Below, piece after piece: positions 49,569-59,635 of a DNA stretch of 64,000 nucleotides; position 1 is the stretch's first letter; each line of letters opens with the position of its first letter. The translations under genes were made by a program, and so were the position numbers. The stretch is from Candidatus Bathyarchaeota archaeon (GTDB lineage Archaea; Thermoproteota; Bathyarchaeia; 40CM-2-53-6), in assembly GCA_963726255.1 (NCBI GenBank), contig CAVSBL010000002.1, positions 832,001 to 896,000 on the forward strand. Reading direction: 5' to 3'. The notes under the pieces were generated by a model. The model was not told the origin of the DNA. It searched no databases and saw only the letters and a list, made by a program, of their open reading frames with translations.

Positions 49569-50470
49569 TGCTTCCTTGACTTCTCAGCCTTCGAGATAAC
49601 TTCGAATATTAGTCGGGCGGCGGCTACGGCAGTGGCACCCGAATCGTAGTTTGGACAGACCTCCACAAGGTCGAACCCGACCATCTTCTCGTCAGCTACC
49701 GCTGTGGTTAGGGTGATGAGTTCCTCTGGAGTTAAGCCGTCGAATTCAGGGTTCGATACTCCGGGTGCGAAGGCTGGGTCCAGAACGTCGGTGTCGATGG
49801 TTAGGTAAGTGTGTTCGAACTTGCGAGTGAATGTCTTCACCCGTTCCGTGGCTTTGGCCAAGCCTAGTTCTCTAATCTCCCAAGGGGTCATCTTCTCGAT
49901 TTTTCGTTGCGCAATGAAATCGACTTCTTCTTTGCAGAGGGCTCGCACGCCGCACACAAGAACGTTGTCTGCACCAACAATTTCCGTAATACGTCTCAGA
50001 ACTGTTGCGTGTGACAACTTCCCCCCGCCGTATTCGTCCCTCAAGTCTCCGTGTGCATCGAAACTGATTACTCCAACAGGTTTCGGCAGGCTGCGAACTG
50101 GGCCTTGGGTAATCGTGTGTTCACCACCGATGATAACTGGCATCTTTCCCACGGAGAGAATATCTTTCGTAACCTTAGTCAGCCGGTCAAGCGTTTCAGA
50201 AACGTTATCGACGACGTGAAGGTCTCCTGCGTCGTGTATTGGAACATTTTCGATGTCAATGCCTGTTCGAAGGCTGTAGGTTTCAATGTTCAGGGATGCG
50301 TCGCGAATCGCTCTTGGCGCAAAACGGGAACCCGCCCTAAAGGTACTTGTATGATCATACGGCACACCCAGTACCACGTATCGCGACTCGTCTAACGGTT
50401 TTGAGTAACCTGAAAAATCGTCGACCTTTGACGTGTGAAAGCTCAGATTCTCTAACAAATTCCGTATCAC
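49565..50470 (-). CDS. speB: Agmatinase
   Basis: GGEH, DAHGD, DTDVLDPAFAPG, DLVEV. Confidence 0.92.
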   Translation of the reverse strand: MIRNLLENLSFHTSKVDDFSGYSKPLDESRYVVLGVPYDHTSTFRAGSRFAPRAIRDASLNIETYSLRTGIDIENVPIHDAGDLHVVDNVSETLDRLTKVTKDILSVGKMPVIIGGEHTITQGPVRSLPKPVGVISFDAHGDLRDEYGGGKLSHATVLRRITEIVGADNVLVCGVRALCKEEVDFIAQRKIEKMTPWEIRELGLAKATERVKTFTRKFEHTYLTIDTDVLDPAFAPGVSNPEFDGLTPEELITLTTAVADEKMVGFDLVEVCPNYDSGATAVAAARLIFEVISKAEKSRKH

Positions 50471-50526
50471 TTCGGACTGGCAAAGCTTTATGGCACATGT
50501 TCAGGCGTAATAAGGCCTCCCAAAAT

Positions 50527-50985
50527 TTGGCGGCGGAGAGATTGACGGAAAAGTTCAGTGAACGGACGGTGGGCCTCTGGGTGCCCCTAGGATTCTATGC
50601 GATTGGCGGAGTGTACATGCTGGCCTTCTGGGGCCTGTTCGATAGGGCCGCGTACCATCTCTTGGTTCTTGGTGGCATATCAATAATCATCGCTGTTGCC
50701 TTGTACTTCATATCGCGTTGGGCCTACTGGCTTGGGATTTTCACCTTCCCGTTGCTGTTCGCTCTTTTTGCCTACGCGATTGCGTTCTCGGTTAATGTTG
50801 TGGGATGGGATCCGAACATCCCGAACGCCGTACTGAACGCATCGATGGTCGTTTACCTCGTATTCCTGACGCTGTCATTCCTCCTGTTGATTGACAGAAG
50901 GAATACGCTCAAAAGCGACAGGATACTCGACATGCTGCACAAACCACTCGCGGCACCGTCAACAGAGAAGCAGACACAGCCGTAG
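50527..50985 (+). CDS. 4-TM hypothetical membrane protein
   Basis: Hydrophobic helices; TTG start chosen after the CTTTAT TATA. Confidence 0.65.
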   Translation: MAAERLTEKFSERTVGLWVPLGFYAIGGVYMLAFWGLFDRAAYHLLVLGGISIIIAVALYFISRWAYWLGIFTFPLLFALFAYAIAFSVNVVGWDPNIPNAVLNASMVVYLVFLTLSFLLLIDRRNTLKSDRILDMLHKPLAAPSTEKQTQP

Positions 50986-51050
50986 ACTGCATATCAAAAC
51001 GAACGTTTTCGCACGCAACTCCCGGCACGAATAACGAAGCCTATGGGCGA

Positions 51051-52382
51051 TTAGTCTCCGCTCATATGCGCCCAACTTTCTGCTGCATTCGGAATTGAAC
51101 CAAGCTTGGGTGTGCGGTAGAAGTACGGCGTCCGCGAAAATAGGCCCTCAATGACGGCCTTTGTATTGCTAAGAAGCAGGCCATAGACAAGTGCACCCAA
51201 GTAGCCGAGGTGTAGTAGCCGCCTGGCTTTTGTTATGCCGAGTTGCGAAAATTCAGACAACGTAACCCCAGAAGCGATGAGGGGAGCGCTGTAGATTACG
51301 AGCGAGAGAAAGAAGGTTAACAGTGCGACCTGGTACCTCCAGAACCCCATCAACCAGAAGGATGGAGGAAAAATCGAGTAGTACAACAAGGCGACAACAA
51401 CGCCTATGATCGTCAATGGGCAGATGAAGTAAGTTCCTAAGTGCAGCAAGGCTTCCATTTTCTGAAAGAAGTTCAGGCGGTCGCTGCGAATGATTGAGCC
51501 ACCGTATTTCCTCAAGCATTCAGAGAAGCCTTTCGCCCAACGGAATTGTTGGTGCCTCAAATTGTCGAAGCTCGGTGGAATCTCGCCTGGGCACACAACC
51601 GTGGGGACGTAAATGTATCGCCATCCTTTCAGGTGCAACCTTATTGATAGGTCGAGGTCCTCTGCAAGCGTGTCAGAACTCCACCCGCCCGCGTCCTCGA
51701 TCGCACCCCTTCTGAAAACTCCGCATGTCCCGCTGAAATGTGCAAGTAGGTTGCCGACGTACCTAGCCCGCTGATCTACAAAGGCGTAAACATCTATTCC
51801 AAGGGAAATGGCTTTGGCGATCCAGGAGAACTGGCCGTCAAGGTAACTCCACCTCGATTGCACAAACGCGACCTTCTCATCTACGTAAAGGTAGGGAATC
51901 ATCTTCCTCAAGAAATCTCGAGGAGGGACATAATCCGCGTCAAAGAGGGCAATGAATTCGCCGTCACTATTCTCCATCGCCAGCTGAAGAGCGCCGGCCT
52001 TGAACCCGGTCCGGTCCTCTCGATGGATTAACTTCACCAAGCCAGGAAATTTGGCTTCAAATTCCCGAGCAATCTTGGTCGTTCCATCCGACGAGTCGTC
52101 TACTACAACTATTTCGAGCTTATCGCGCGGATAATCGAGTTTCGTACAAGCGTCGAGAATGCGTTTCGCGACGCCTTCCTCGTTGAAAAGTGGCAGGTGA
52201 ACCGAAACCTTCGGCAACGAATCAAGGCTTGGAGGATCCGCAACTTTGCTCCTTCCCCTAAGGGACAGGATCGTTAGGACCCAGATGTTGAAGGCATAAA
52301 TCGAAATTAGGCCCGTGACCATCGCAACCAGGAACAGCACTAATTGCTGTAGGTTGGTCAGGTTCGCTGGAAACCAATTCAT
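51051..52382 (-). CDS. Processive GT2 (cellulose-synthase-like)
   Basis: DDS, KAGAL, FDADY, AEDL, QQFRW (QxxRW); TM helices. Confidence 0.92.
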   Translation of the reverse strand: MNWFPANLTNLQQLVLFLVAMVTGLISIYAFNIWVLTILSLRGRSKVADPPSLDSLPKVSVHLPLFNEEGVAKRILDACTKLDYPRDKLEIVVVDDSSDGTTKIAREFEAKFPGLVKLIHREDRTGFKAGALQLAMENSDGEFIALFDADYVPPRDFLRKMIPYLYVDEKVAFVQSRWSYLDGQFSWIAKAISLGIDVYAFVDQRARYVGNLLAHFSGTCGVFRRGAIEDAGGWSSDTLAEDLDLSIRLHLKGWRYIYVPTVVCPGEIPPSFDNLRHQQFRWAKGFSECLRKYGGSIIRSDRLNFFQKMEALLHLGTYFICPLTIIGVVVALLYYSIFPPSFWLMGFWRYQVALLTFFLSLVIYSAPLIASGVTLSEFSQLGITKARRLLHLGYLGALVYGLLLSNTKAVIEGLFSRTPYFYRTPKLGSIPNAAESWAHMSGD

Positions 52383-52459
52383 AAAGGCCGACTTCCAAAT
52401 GACGAAACGGTTCGTAGCGTAACCTCAACGGGTATAAGGCTTTCCAGACCGTTGAACTG

Positions 52460-53620
52460 GTGAAAATTGTGAAACTAGAGAGAAAGGCGTCCGAGAGGAA
52501 TCGACAAATCAACGTTACGATGTTTTCATCCGAGTATCCGCCGTGCTGGGGCGGAGTGGGCAAACACGTCCAGAACCTTTGCAGAAGGTTGCAACATTCC
52601 GTCAACCTAAGGCTCATCACCGCCACTTATGGACGGCCCGTTGAACAATTCGAAATCAACAACCTCGCGCGGCTTCGAGCGCGAAACTTCCCTCTCCTGC
52701 TCGCTCAGTATCTTTCGGGCCTGAGGTTCGTACGATTGAACGGGAACGAATTAGTCCACATCCACGTACCACATGCCTTTCTGCCCAGAAGGAGGAGACG
52801 AATTGTTTCGACTTTCCATGTGGTTTGGGCTGACTATTCGGATGCCCTTCGCCGTCAGCGGCCGATGTCGGTTTTTGATTTGCAACTGGCCGGAATGAAT
52901 CGCAGACTGATCATCGCTGAGAAGAAACTCGCTGACAGTTCCGAAGCCGTGATTGCGGTTTCGCAGAGCGTCAAGCATGAACTCGTTTCCCGGTATGGCA
53001 TTGACCAAGACAAGGTGCATGTTGTACATAATGGAGTGGACTTAGGGAAATCGCAACCCTCACGAAAACGCCAGAATATCTTTCTGTATATTGGTAGGCA
53101 AACGGCACACAAGGGACTGCCTTACCTCTTACAAGCATTCGGAAAATTCGCACGCAGCCACCGAAGATACGACTTAGTGATTGTGGGCGAACGCTTGGAA
53201 GGCGGCGTCGACCCATCGCTCATACGCTTATCGAACGAACTCGGCATTCGTGATAGGGTCAAGTTCGCCGGCAGACTTTCCGAAAGGCGTACGTGGGAAA
53301 TCCTTGGCCGGGCTAGGTGTCTCGTTCTTCCGTCCCTGGCTGAAGCCTTCGGCATGACTGTGTTGGAGGCGATGGCTTCAGAGACGCCTGTAATCGCCAC
53401 TCGTGTGGGTGGAATACCAGAAGTTGTCCGCAATGGGCGCAACGGGCTACTCGTTCCCCCAGGTGATGCCGACGCTCTGTCGGAGTCTATGGAGCGTATC
53501 GCCTCGGATTCGCGGCTCCGACGCAACTTGGCAGCGGAGGGTAGAAGGAGTTGTGCGCAATTCACTTGGGATGAGATGGCGAGAAGGACGATTAAAATCT
53601 ACGCCGAGGCGCTGTCGTGA
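52460..53620 (+). CDS. Glycosyltransferase family 4
   Basis: EYPP..GG, HNGVD, KG, EAFGMTVLEAMA. Confidence 0.92.
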   Translation: MKIVKLERKASERNRQINVTMFSSEYPPCWGGVGKHVQNLCRRLQHSVNLRLITATYGRPVEQFEINNLARLRARNFPLLLAQYLSGLRFVRLNGNELVHIHVPHAFLPRRRRRIVSTFHVVWADYSDALRRQRPMSVFDLQLAGMNRRLIIAEKKLADSSEAVIAVSQSVKHELVSRYGIDQDKVHVVHNGVDLGKSQPSRKRQNIFLYIGRQTAHKGLPYLLQAFGKFARSHRRYDLVIVGERLEGGVDPSLIRLSNELGIRDRVKFAGRLSERRTWEILGRARCLVLPSLAEAFGMTVLEAMASETPVIATRVGGIPEVVRNGRNGLLVPPGDADALSESMERIASDSRLRRNLAAEGRRSCAQFTWDEMARRTIKIYAEALS

Positions 53621-53743
53621 ATGGTTATCTAGCCTTGGCCAAACAGCATTCTCGACATGGCCTCTAAACCGCTTCGTATGAGGGGATCGAGGCGTAAAAT
53701 GCGCCGAGGGTTACCTTCGCTTGGCACCGTTTGGCACCACCCC

Positions 53744-55885
53744 TCAACGGGTGGATCCACCCTCTTCCTTGTGGGCGGCCTCCTTCGCTTTGACGACCAC
53801 TGTTGCCGCCGGTTTCTTGGCTTTCAGCTTGTCCACGAAACACTTAGGGCATGAAACCAGGGGGCGCCGCCCCTTCGACTTTACCTGTATTAGTTGAAAA
53901 CCGCACTCAGAGCACCGTTTTTCCGAGAGTTTTAGTGCCCCGAACTGTGGCAAAGGCAATCCGAATGTGCAGTTCTTCGCCCATTTGCCGGCGCAACCGA
54001 TGAACCGCTTTTTCGTCTTCGGGTTTCTCACAACTCTTAGCGCTGACCCGCACTGTGGGCATAGCACAAACAATGTCACCGACGCCAGCGACATGTCTCT
54101 GATTATTACCGTGAGCTCTTTGCCAACCTCTAGCTCCTTCGTCTTCAGGTCCTCGATCACGGGCTTCAGATAGGCAACAGTTTCCAGAACGACGGTTTCG
54201 CGGGTTTGTTTTCCGACTTCAATTTGCTCCATCTTGGTTTCTAGTTCCCGGGTGAAAGTTACATCAATCACTCTCGGGCAATATTTCCTCAGAATTTCTG
54301 TGACTCTGAATGCTAGGGGGGTTGCGGTGATTTGCTCTCCCTTCACATACCCGCGCTTGTAGAGAGTTTCAATTATGTCGGCGCGTGTTGCCTTCGTTCC
54401 GATCTCCGCCTCCTCCATTGTTTTCAGTAGGCTGCTCGCGTTGTAACGAGGGTGAGGTTGAGTGTACTTTTCCTCCAGTGAGAGCGTGGCCATTGTAACT
54501 TGCTGTCCCTCCTTCAACGGAGGCAGGGTAACTTCTTGGAATTTCGCGTAAGGCCCGTAGAGGTCGATCCATCCCTTCTCAAGGATTCTTGAGCCACGTA
54601 AGAAGAACAGATGCTTACCGACTTTGACCGTAGCCTTCTCGCTCTGTTTTGTAGCGGTCTTGCCGAAGGTGGAAAGAAAACGCCTTACGACCAGATCGAA
54701 GAGCTTCTGCCCCCGGGCGTCGAGTTCCCCTCTTGGGACGGCCCCAGTTGGGTACACCGCCGGGTGCGCTGGATCGTCCTTCTTTCCGTCGTTGGGGCGC
54801 AAAATTCCTGAGGCCAGAAGGCTTGACGACTCAGAGCGATAAGCACCCATCTTGCAGAGCGCTCTCAGGATTTCTTCGTAGTTGATTGAGGGAGGAAGCT
54901 TTTGGCTGGAGGTTCGCGGATAGGAGATTAATTGGTCTAAGTAGAGGCGTTCTGCGACGCTGAGCGCGATACGAGGAGTGAATCCAAAATGCCTGTACGC
55001 TTCGCTTTGAAGTGCGGATAGGTCAAATGGAGTCGGGGGCGACACTTGGTATGTTTTGGATTCAAGTTTCTCAATAACTCCCTTTTTTCCTGCGCAGTCT
55101 TTGACCACCTCCTCGGCATGCGACTTTGTATCTAACCGCTCGAACTCGTATTCAGCTTCGATGACCTTGCCGTCAACGTCGAATCCGGCCCTCAGAACCC
55201 AGTACGGTAATGGGACAAAGGTTTCGATTTCCCGTTCCCTGTCAACGACAAATCGTAGAGTTGGTCCTTGCACTCGTCCTGTGCTAAGGGTTGAATACCG
55301 GTTGCCAGCTTTGAGCGCAGATTGCGTAAGTGCGCGGGACAAATTTACGCCGTAGAGCCAATCGACCTCGTGCCGACACATCCCCGCGAAAGCGAGCGGA
55401 AAATCAAGCTCTGGCAGTGCTTTAGTGTACGATTCACGCAATTCCTTGACTGTAAGGGTTGAGAACCTCATTCGACGCGCTTTCTTGTCCGCGCCGCCAC
55501 AAGCATACTTGAGTATCGTATACCCAATCAGAGAACCCTCAATATCGTAATCGCATGCGCTGATGAAACGGTCAGCCTCTTTCGATACTTTCGAAATGGC
55601 TTCTATCCATTTCTCCTGTCTTCCTTGGCCGCGTTCCGCTAGATGCTTGGGCTTCCACGTAAGGTCCCAGACCGGGTACTGTGAACGTACCTGGGTTCCC
55701 TTGGCGGATACTGCGTATAGGTGGCCCAGCGCTGAGCAAACGAGTATGCGATCACCTGCCTCCTGGACCTCGAAGAATGGAACGCCACCCACGTTGATCT
55801 TCTTCGGACTCTGGTCGCGCGCGAGAGCCTCCGCCACGTGGAGCGCTGCATCCGGCTTTTCAGTTACGATGAGAGTTGTTGCCAC
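53744..55885 (-). CDS. topA: Type IA DNA topoisomerase with C-terminal zinc ribbons
   Basis: VTEKP, CDYDIEG, STGRVQ, ISYPRT (catalytic Tyr), GTKATR. Confidence 0.95.
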   Translation of the reverse strand: MATTLIVTEKPDAALHVAEALARDQSPKKINVGGVPFFEVQEAGDRILVCSALGHLYAVSAKGTQVRSQYPVWDLTWKPKHLAERGQGRQEKWIEAISKVSKEADRFISACDYDIEGSLIGYTILKYACGGADKKARRMRFSTLTVKELRESYTKALPELDFPLAFAGMCRHEVDWLYGVNLSRALTQSALKAGNRYSTLSTGRVQGPTLRFVVDREREIETFVPLPYWVLRAGFDVDGKVIEAEYEFERLDTKSHAEEVVKDCAGKKGVIEKLESKTYQVSPPTPFDLSALQSEAYRHFGFTPRIALSVAERLYLDQLISYPRTSSQKLPPSINYEEILRALCKMGAYRSESSSLLASGILRPNDGKKDDPAHPAVYPTGAVPRGELDARGQKLFDLVVRRFLSTFGKTATKQSEKATVKVGKHLFFLRGSRILEKGWIDLYGPYAKFQEVTLPPLKEGQQVTMATLSLEEKYTQPHPRYNASSLLKTMEEAEIGTKATRADIIETLYKRGYVKGEQITATPLAFRVTEILRKYCPRVIDVTFTRELETKMEQIEVGKQTRETVVLETVAYLKPVIEDLKTKELEVGKELTVIIRDMSLASVTLFVLCPQCGSALRVVRNPKTKKRFIGCAGKWAKNCTFGLPLPQFGALKLSEKRCSECGFQLIQVKSKGRRPLVSCPKCFVDKLKAKKPAATVVVKAKEAAHKEEGGSTR

Positions 55886-56116
55886 TTAGGCCTCGCCTTT
55901 CTCGCGAAGGTATTGGATGACAGATTTCACAGCGCGGCCTGTTTCTTCTTTTTCCTCAAGCTTGTCGAAGTATTCCCTTTTGGTCAGATTGCCGCCGTAG
56001 GTTTTGCTCCAGGCGGGGTACGCGTTTTCGAGGTTAGAGCGGGCTGCTTCGTGGAAGGGGCAGAATTTCGATGGCGGTTGCCTCGCCGATCCGCAGATCG
56101 GGCAATTATCTGCCAT
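55886..56116 (-). CDS. Small C3H zinc-finger protein abutting topA
   Basis: MADNCPICG...KFCPFH followed by helices. Confidence 0.7.
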   Translation of the reverse strand: MADNCPICGSARQPPSKFCPFHEAARSNLENAYPAWSKTYGGNLTKREYFDKLEEKEETGRAVKSVIQYLREKGEA

Positions 56117-56195
56117 ACTGTTTGCCGTCGTGATTCGACCATCGCTAAACGGCGACGGAGCCCTTTTAGGCCTTATTGCCTCGACTTTGCGAGCT

Positions 56196-56756
56196 TCACC
56201 GCAGCTTCCGAGGTCGCCTTGCAATCCTTGCACATGCCCAGGCGACAACAACCATGGCCGCGGTGGCGAGGATTTGCGATATGGAGTACTGCCAAAGTGG
56301 GTCCAGGGTCATGATCGACTCTTGTGCGTTCAGCAGTGACCGACCCAGGCCTAGAACTTGGGGAAGACTCCGCCCGACTTTACTCAGTTTGGCCCAGAAC
56401 CAAACAGAACCAACAAGGTAAGGAACGTACAGAACCAATACGAAGGCCATGACTGAGAGAACGATTGCCCGCATCAAACGAGCGCCCGCGAGCGGGTCAG
56501 TTTCGGGTCCGGCTCGCCGAGGAAAAATCTTCGCCGAGACCTCGAACCAAGCGATCAACGTCACTAAGAAGACACCGATGACGGGCAGCCATTGAATTGG
56601 AAGAGCGAATTTGAAGCCGCCGACCTCTAAGGTCTGTATCTTGACTTCGAAGTTGTACGAGGTAATGTAAAACATGTAAAACCAGTCCAACGCGGCGATG
56701 ATCAGTGAAATTCCTAGCACGACAGGCGACTTTGCGCGGTAGATGCTTGAGGCCAT
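56196..56756 (-). CDS. 4-TM hypothetical membrane protein
   Basis: Hydrophobic helices, basic tail. Confidence 0.7.
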   Translation of the reverse strand: MASSIYRAKSPVVLGISLIIAALDWFYMFYITSYNFEVKIQTLEVGGFKFALPIQWLPVIGVFLVTLIAWFEVSAKIFPRRAGPETDPLAGARLMRAIVLSVMAFVLVLYVPYLVGSVWFWAKLSKVGRSLPQVLGLGRSLLNAQESIMTLDPLWQYSISQILATAAMVVVAWACARIARRPRKLR

Positions 56757-56862
56757 GAACAGACTTCCTAAGCGGTTGTGTGTGTTACGGTTTTGGTACC
56801 GTAACGGCCTATTGCTATAAAGAATATCTTAATCGAGCCGCATACTAACAACAAGAGCCTGA

Positions 56863-58497
56863 TTGAATTTGGGGACCCGTACGAAGCTCGAGGTCGTGGG
56901 CCGGGGAACATGGCTCGACATGGTTGCCCATCGGGTCCTTCAGCGCGAAGAACAGCTTGGTAGAAAAGTCGACGTGTTGAGAACGGAGAGCGGCCTGGGA
57001 GCTTCAGGAATTCCTCACATCGGCAGCCTAGGCGACGTGATTCGGGCTTACGGGGTTAAGCTTGCTCTCGATACCCAGGGAAGAAAGGCGGAATTCATCG
57101 CCTATTCCGACGACTTGGACGGGCTGAGAAAGGTTCCCTCTGGGATGCCTGATTCGCTCAAGAAGTATCTGGGGCACCCAGTGTCAGCGATCCCGGACCC
57201 ATACAATTGCCATGAGAGTTACGGTTTGCACATGAACTCTCTGTTGAGGGAAGCGATGGACAAGTGCGGAGTTGAGTACGTTTTCCATTCAGCGACAGAG
57301 GATTACAGAAAGGGAATATTCACAACGCAGATTCGGAAGATACTGCTCGAAGCCGACCGTGTCGGGAAGATTGTGAAGGAGGAGGTTGGGCAAGAGAAGT
57401 TTACCGCGGCCCTGCCATACTTTCCTATTTGTGGTTCCTGTGGAAGGATCTACACGACACGAAGCCTTGAGTTCGAACCAGGAACGGACAAGGTTCAGTA
57501 TGTCTGCGAAGGCGGGTCGGAGATTAAAGGGCAGACGCTCCAGGGATGCGGCTACAAAGGCGAAGTAGACTTCAAAGAAGGCCGTGGAAAGGTCCCATGG
57601 AAAGCCGAATTCGCTGTTCGCTGGGACGGATTGAAGATAAACTTCGAGGCACACGGCAAAGAGCTCATAGATTCAGTTCGAATCAACGACAGAGTATGCG
57701 AGGAAATCTTAGGCTCACCCCCACCGTACCATGTCCGCTACGAACTATTCCTCGATAAAGGCGGCAAGAAGATTTCTAAGTCGAAATCAGCGATTGATGT
57801 AATGACGCCGCAGACTTGGTTCAAGTACGCTCCTCCAACATCACTCAATTTGCTCATGTTCAAGCGCATCACTGGGGCGCGTAGCGTCGGAGTTGAAGAC
57901 ATACCGACCTACGCGAATGAACTGGACTATCTGGAACAAATCTACTTCAATATCAAGAAGGCGAACGATGAGAAGGAAGGCGCGAAACTTAGAGGCCTCT
58001 ATGAATACTCATGGTTCCTGAAACCGCCCTCTGCCCCTGGCACCCACTTACCGTACAATCTCCTCGTGTACTTGGTGACAATAGCGCCGCCTGAGAGGAG
58101 AAGGGAATACGTTGAATCGAAGCTTCGCGAATACGGCTACTTGAAAACCCAACCGTCATCCGATTTCCAGCAGAGACTAGACTATGCGGTGAATTGGGCG
58201 AAGGACTTCACTCAGATACCTGAAACACGAATGGCGATCACCGGCCCCCAGAAGTTGGCGATTGAAGACCTCATCTCGGTCGTTAAGTCGGAGACTGACG
58301 AAAGGATTATTCAAAATTCAATATTCAACATCGCCAAACGTTACTCGCTTGACCCACCCGAGTTTTTCAGACTGCTCTACACGATTCTACTGGGTTCCCC
58401 GAAAGGGCCGAGGTTGGGCCCATACATCAAAGCTATGGGAAGCGCGAACGTCGCAAGCGCTTTAGAGAGGGCAATCGAAAATTCCAAACAAACCTGA
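56863..58497 (+). CDS. lysS: Class I lysyl-tRNA synthetase
   Basis: GASGIPHIGS, SDDLDGLRKVP, KISKSK, GPRLG. Confidence 0.96.
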   Translation: MNLGTRTKLEVVGRGTWLDMVAHRVLQREEQLGRKVDVLRTESGLGASGIPHIGSLGDVIRAYGVKLALDTQGRKAEFIAYSDDLDGLRKVPSGMPDSLKKYLGHPVSAIPDPYNCHESYGLHMNSLLREAMDKCGVEYVFHSATEDYRKGIFTTQIRKILLEADRVGKIVKEEVGQEKFTAALPYFPICGSCGRIYTTRSLEFEPGTDKVQYVCEGGSEIKGQTLQGCGYKGEVDFKEGRGKVPWKAEFAVRWDGLKINFEAHGKELIDSVRINDRVCEEILGSPPPYHVRYELFLDKGGKKISKSKSAIDVMTPQTWFKYAPPTSLNLLMFKRITGARSVGVEDIPTYANELDYLEQIYFNIKKANDEKEGAKLRGLYEYSWFLKPPSAPGTHLPYNLLVYLVTIAPPERRREYVESKLREYGYLKTQPSSDFQQRLDYAVNWAKDFTQIPETRMAITGPQKLAIEDLISVVKSETDERIIQNSIFNIAKRYSLDPPEFFRLLYTILLGSPKGPRLGPYIKAMGSANVASALERAIENSKQT

Positions 58498-58548
58498 CCT
58501 CTTTCGCTCCCAACAATTCTTTAACCACAAACCGCAATCACCCCCCCT

Positions 58549-58679
58549 GGGCCCGTAGTCTAGTCAGGATTAGGACGCTGAGAGACTCACAACAGATCTC
58601 ACGTAAGCCTGCGGACAGGTACCGCAAAGACCTGACAGCAAGCCGGAGGTCCGGGGTTCGAATCCCCGCGGGCCCGCCA
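58549..58679 (+). tRNA. tRNA-Arg(GCG) with two 26-nt introns (58581-58606 at 29/30; 58615-58640 at 37/38), encoded CCA
   Basis: Acceptor GGGCCCG/CGGGCCC, T-arm CGGGG-TTCGAAT-CCCCG; spliced anticodon arm CTGGC-CTGCGGA-GCCGG; both introns form BHB-like motifs; TTTAACC TATA upstream. Confidence 0.9.
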
Positions 58680-59091
58680 CGTTTCTTGGGGTTGCGAGAA
58701 GTGAAAATCTTGACCTCTCTTTCCAAGTATGTTTGGGAGTAATACTTTCGACAGGTTGAAAATCATACGATTACTTTTATTCGCAGACCGCCAATTCACA
58801 ACTCGTAGTGTGGGTAAATGAGCAAGTCGGACGGCCTCGAGGAACTAATGTCCCTCGGGTCATACCAGAAGAAAATGTCTAGATTCAAGAAGCTCATGAG
58901 CCTCCTGCTCTAGACATAGGGACTCTAAGCTTCGCTGTAGCCCACACCCTAAACCCTAGAGCTGCATTCCGAATTTCGTGAACCTAAGCCTGATTCAAAG
59001 TTACGCCAGAATGACTTCAAACAACAGCCAAATTACATGTACTGAAACTGAAAACTAGAACGTAGGGAGAAGCCCGAAAAAGGCGGGCCGA

Positions 59092-59268
59092 TTAACCTCG
59101 CATGGCTCGCATGTAATTTTGACCAGGTTTACGGCCTAAGTCAAAGCGTTTCTCGGAATTCCGCCTAACCCTCATCTTAGGAATCAGGGAGTGGCGTTCG
59201 CGCGCCGGGACCTTGGGGGTTTGGGAACGAACCTTCCCAGCCTTGGTCAATGATCCGTGAGTTGGTAA
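59092..59268 (-). CDS. rps30e: 30S ribosomal protein S30e (58 aa); first codon reads TTA
   Basis: Below the ORF-track cutoff. (M)PTHGSLTKAGKVRSQTPKV...RRNSEKR; SD GGAGGTG, BRE/TATA near 59312-59325, T-tract after the stop. Confidence 0.93.
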   Translation of the reverse strand, partial: LPTHGSLTKAGKVRSQTPKVPARERHSLIPKMRVRRNSEKRFDLGRKPGQNYMRAMRG

Positions 59269-59460
59269 CCCTTACACCTCCGCTGCCTAGGAGCGAAAGG
59301 GATTGCCATCGTATATAGTCTTTTCACACTCATCAACCAGTCCCCAAGAACTGCCCCGTAGACTGTTGCTTCATCGGTCATGATTTAGGCAACTTTGGTT
59401 GCGCTGCCCTGCGACGATTTTGACAACCCTTAAATTCACTCGAGGCCGGCGCCTACAGGA

Positions 59461-59619
59461 ATGGGTGCTACGTTGAGTCGTTGTTCCGGTTTTATGTGTG
59501 TAAGCCCTGGGCATTGGACTTGTTCTGAATGTGGCCACGAGTATTGCTTCTTCCATGCAACAACCCATGGCCACGAGCAGCGATCTGTACCTGAACAGGT
59601 TGTCGCAGTAGGCGCGTAG
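59461..59619 (+). CDS. 52-aa Cys/His zinc-finger microprotein
   Basis: MGATLSRCSGFMCVSPGHWTCSECGHEYCFFHATTHGH...; CTTAAAT TATA about 30 nt upstream. Confidence 0.65.
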   Translation: MGATLSRCSGFMCVSPGHWTCSECGHEYCFFHATTHGHEQRSVPEQVVAVGA

Positions 59620-59635
59620 ATTCCGCGCAGCCCTG

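Noticed and set aside
58818-58913. 31-aa ORF downstream of the tRNA
   Set aside because: No recognisable motif, and no integrase or att duplication of this tRNA nearby; unsupported.
59077-59287. Apparent ~210-nt structured ncRNA with TATA and T-tract
   Set aside because: Translation shows it is the rps30e mRNA.
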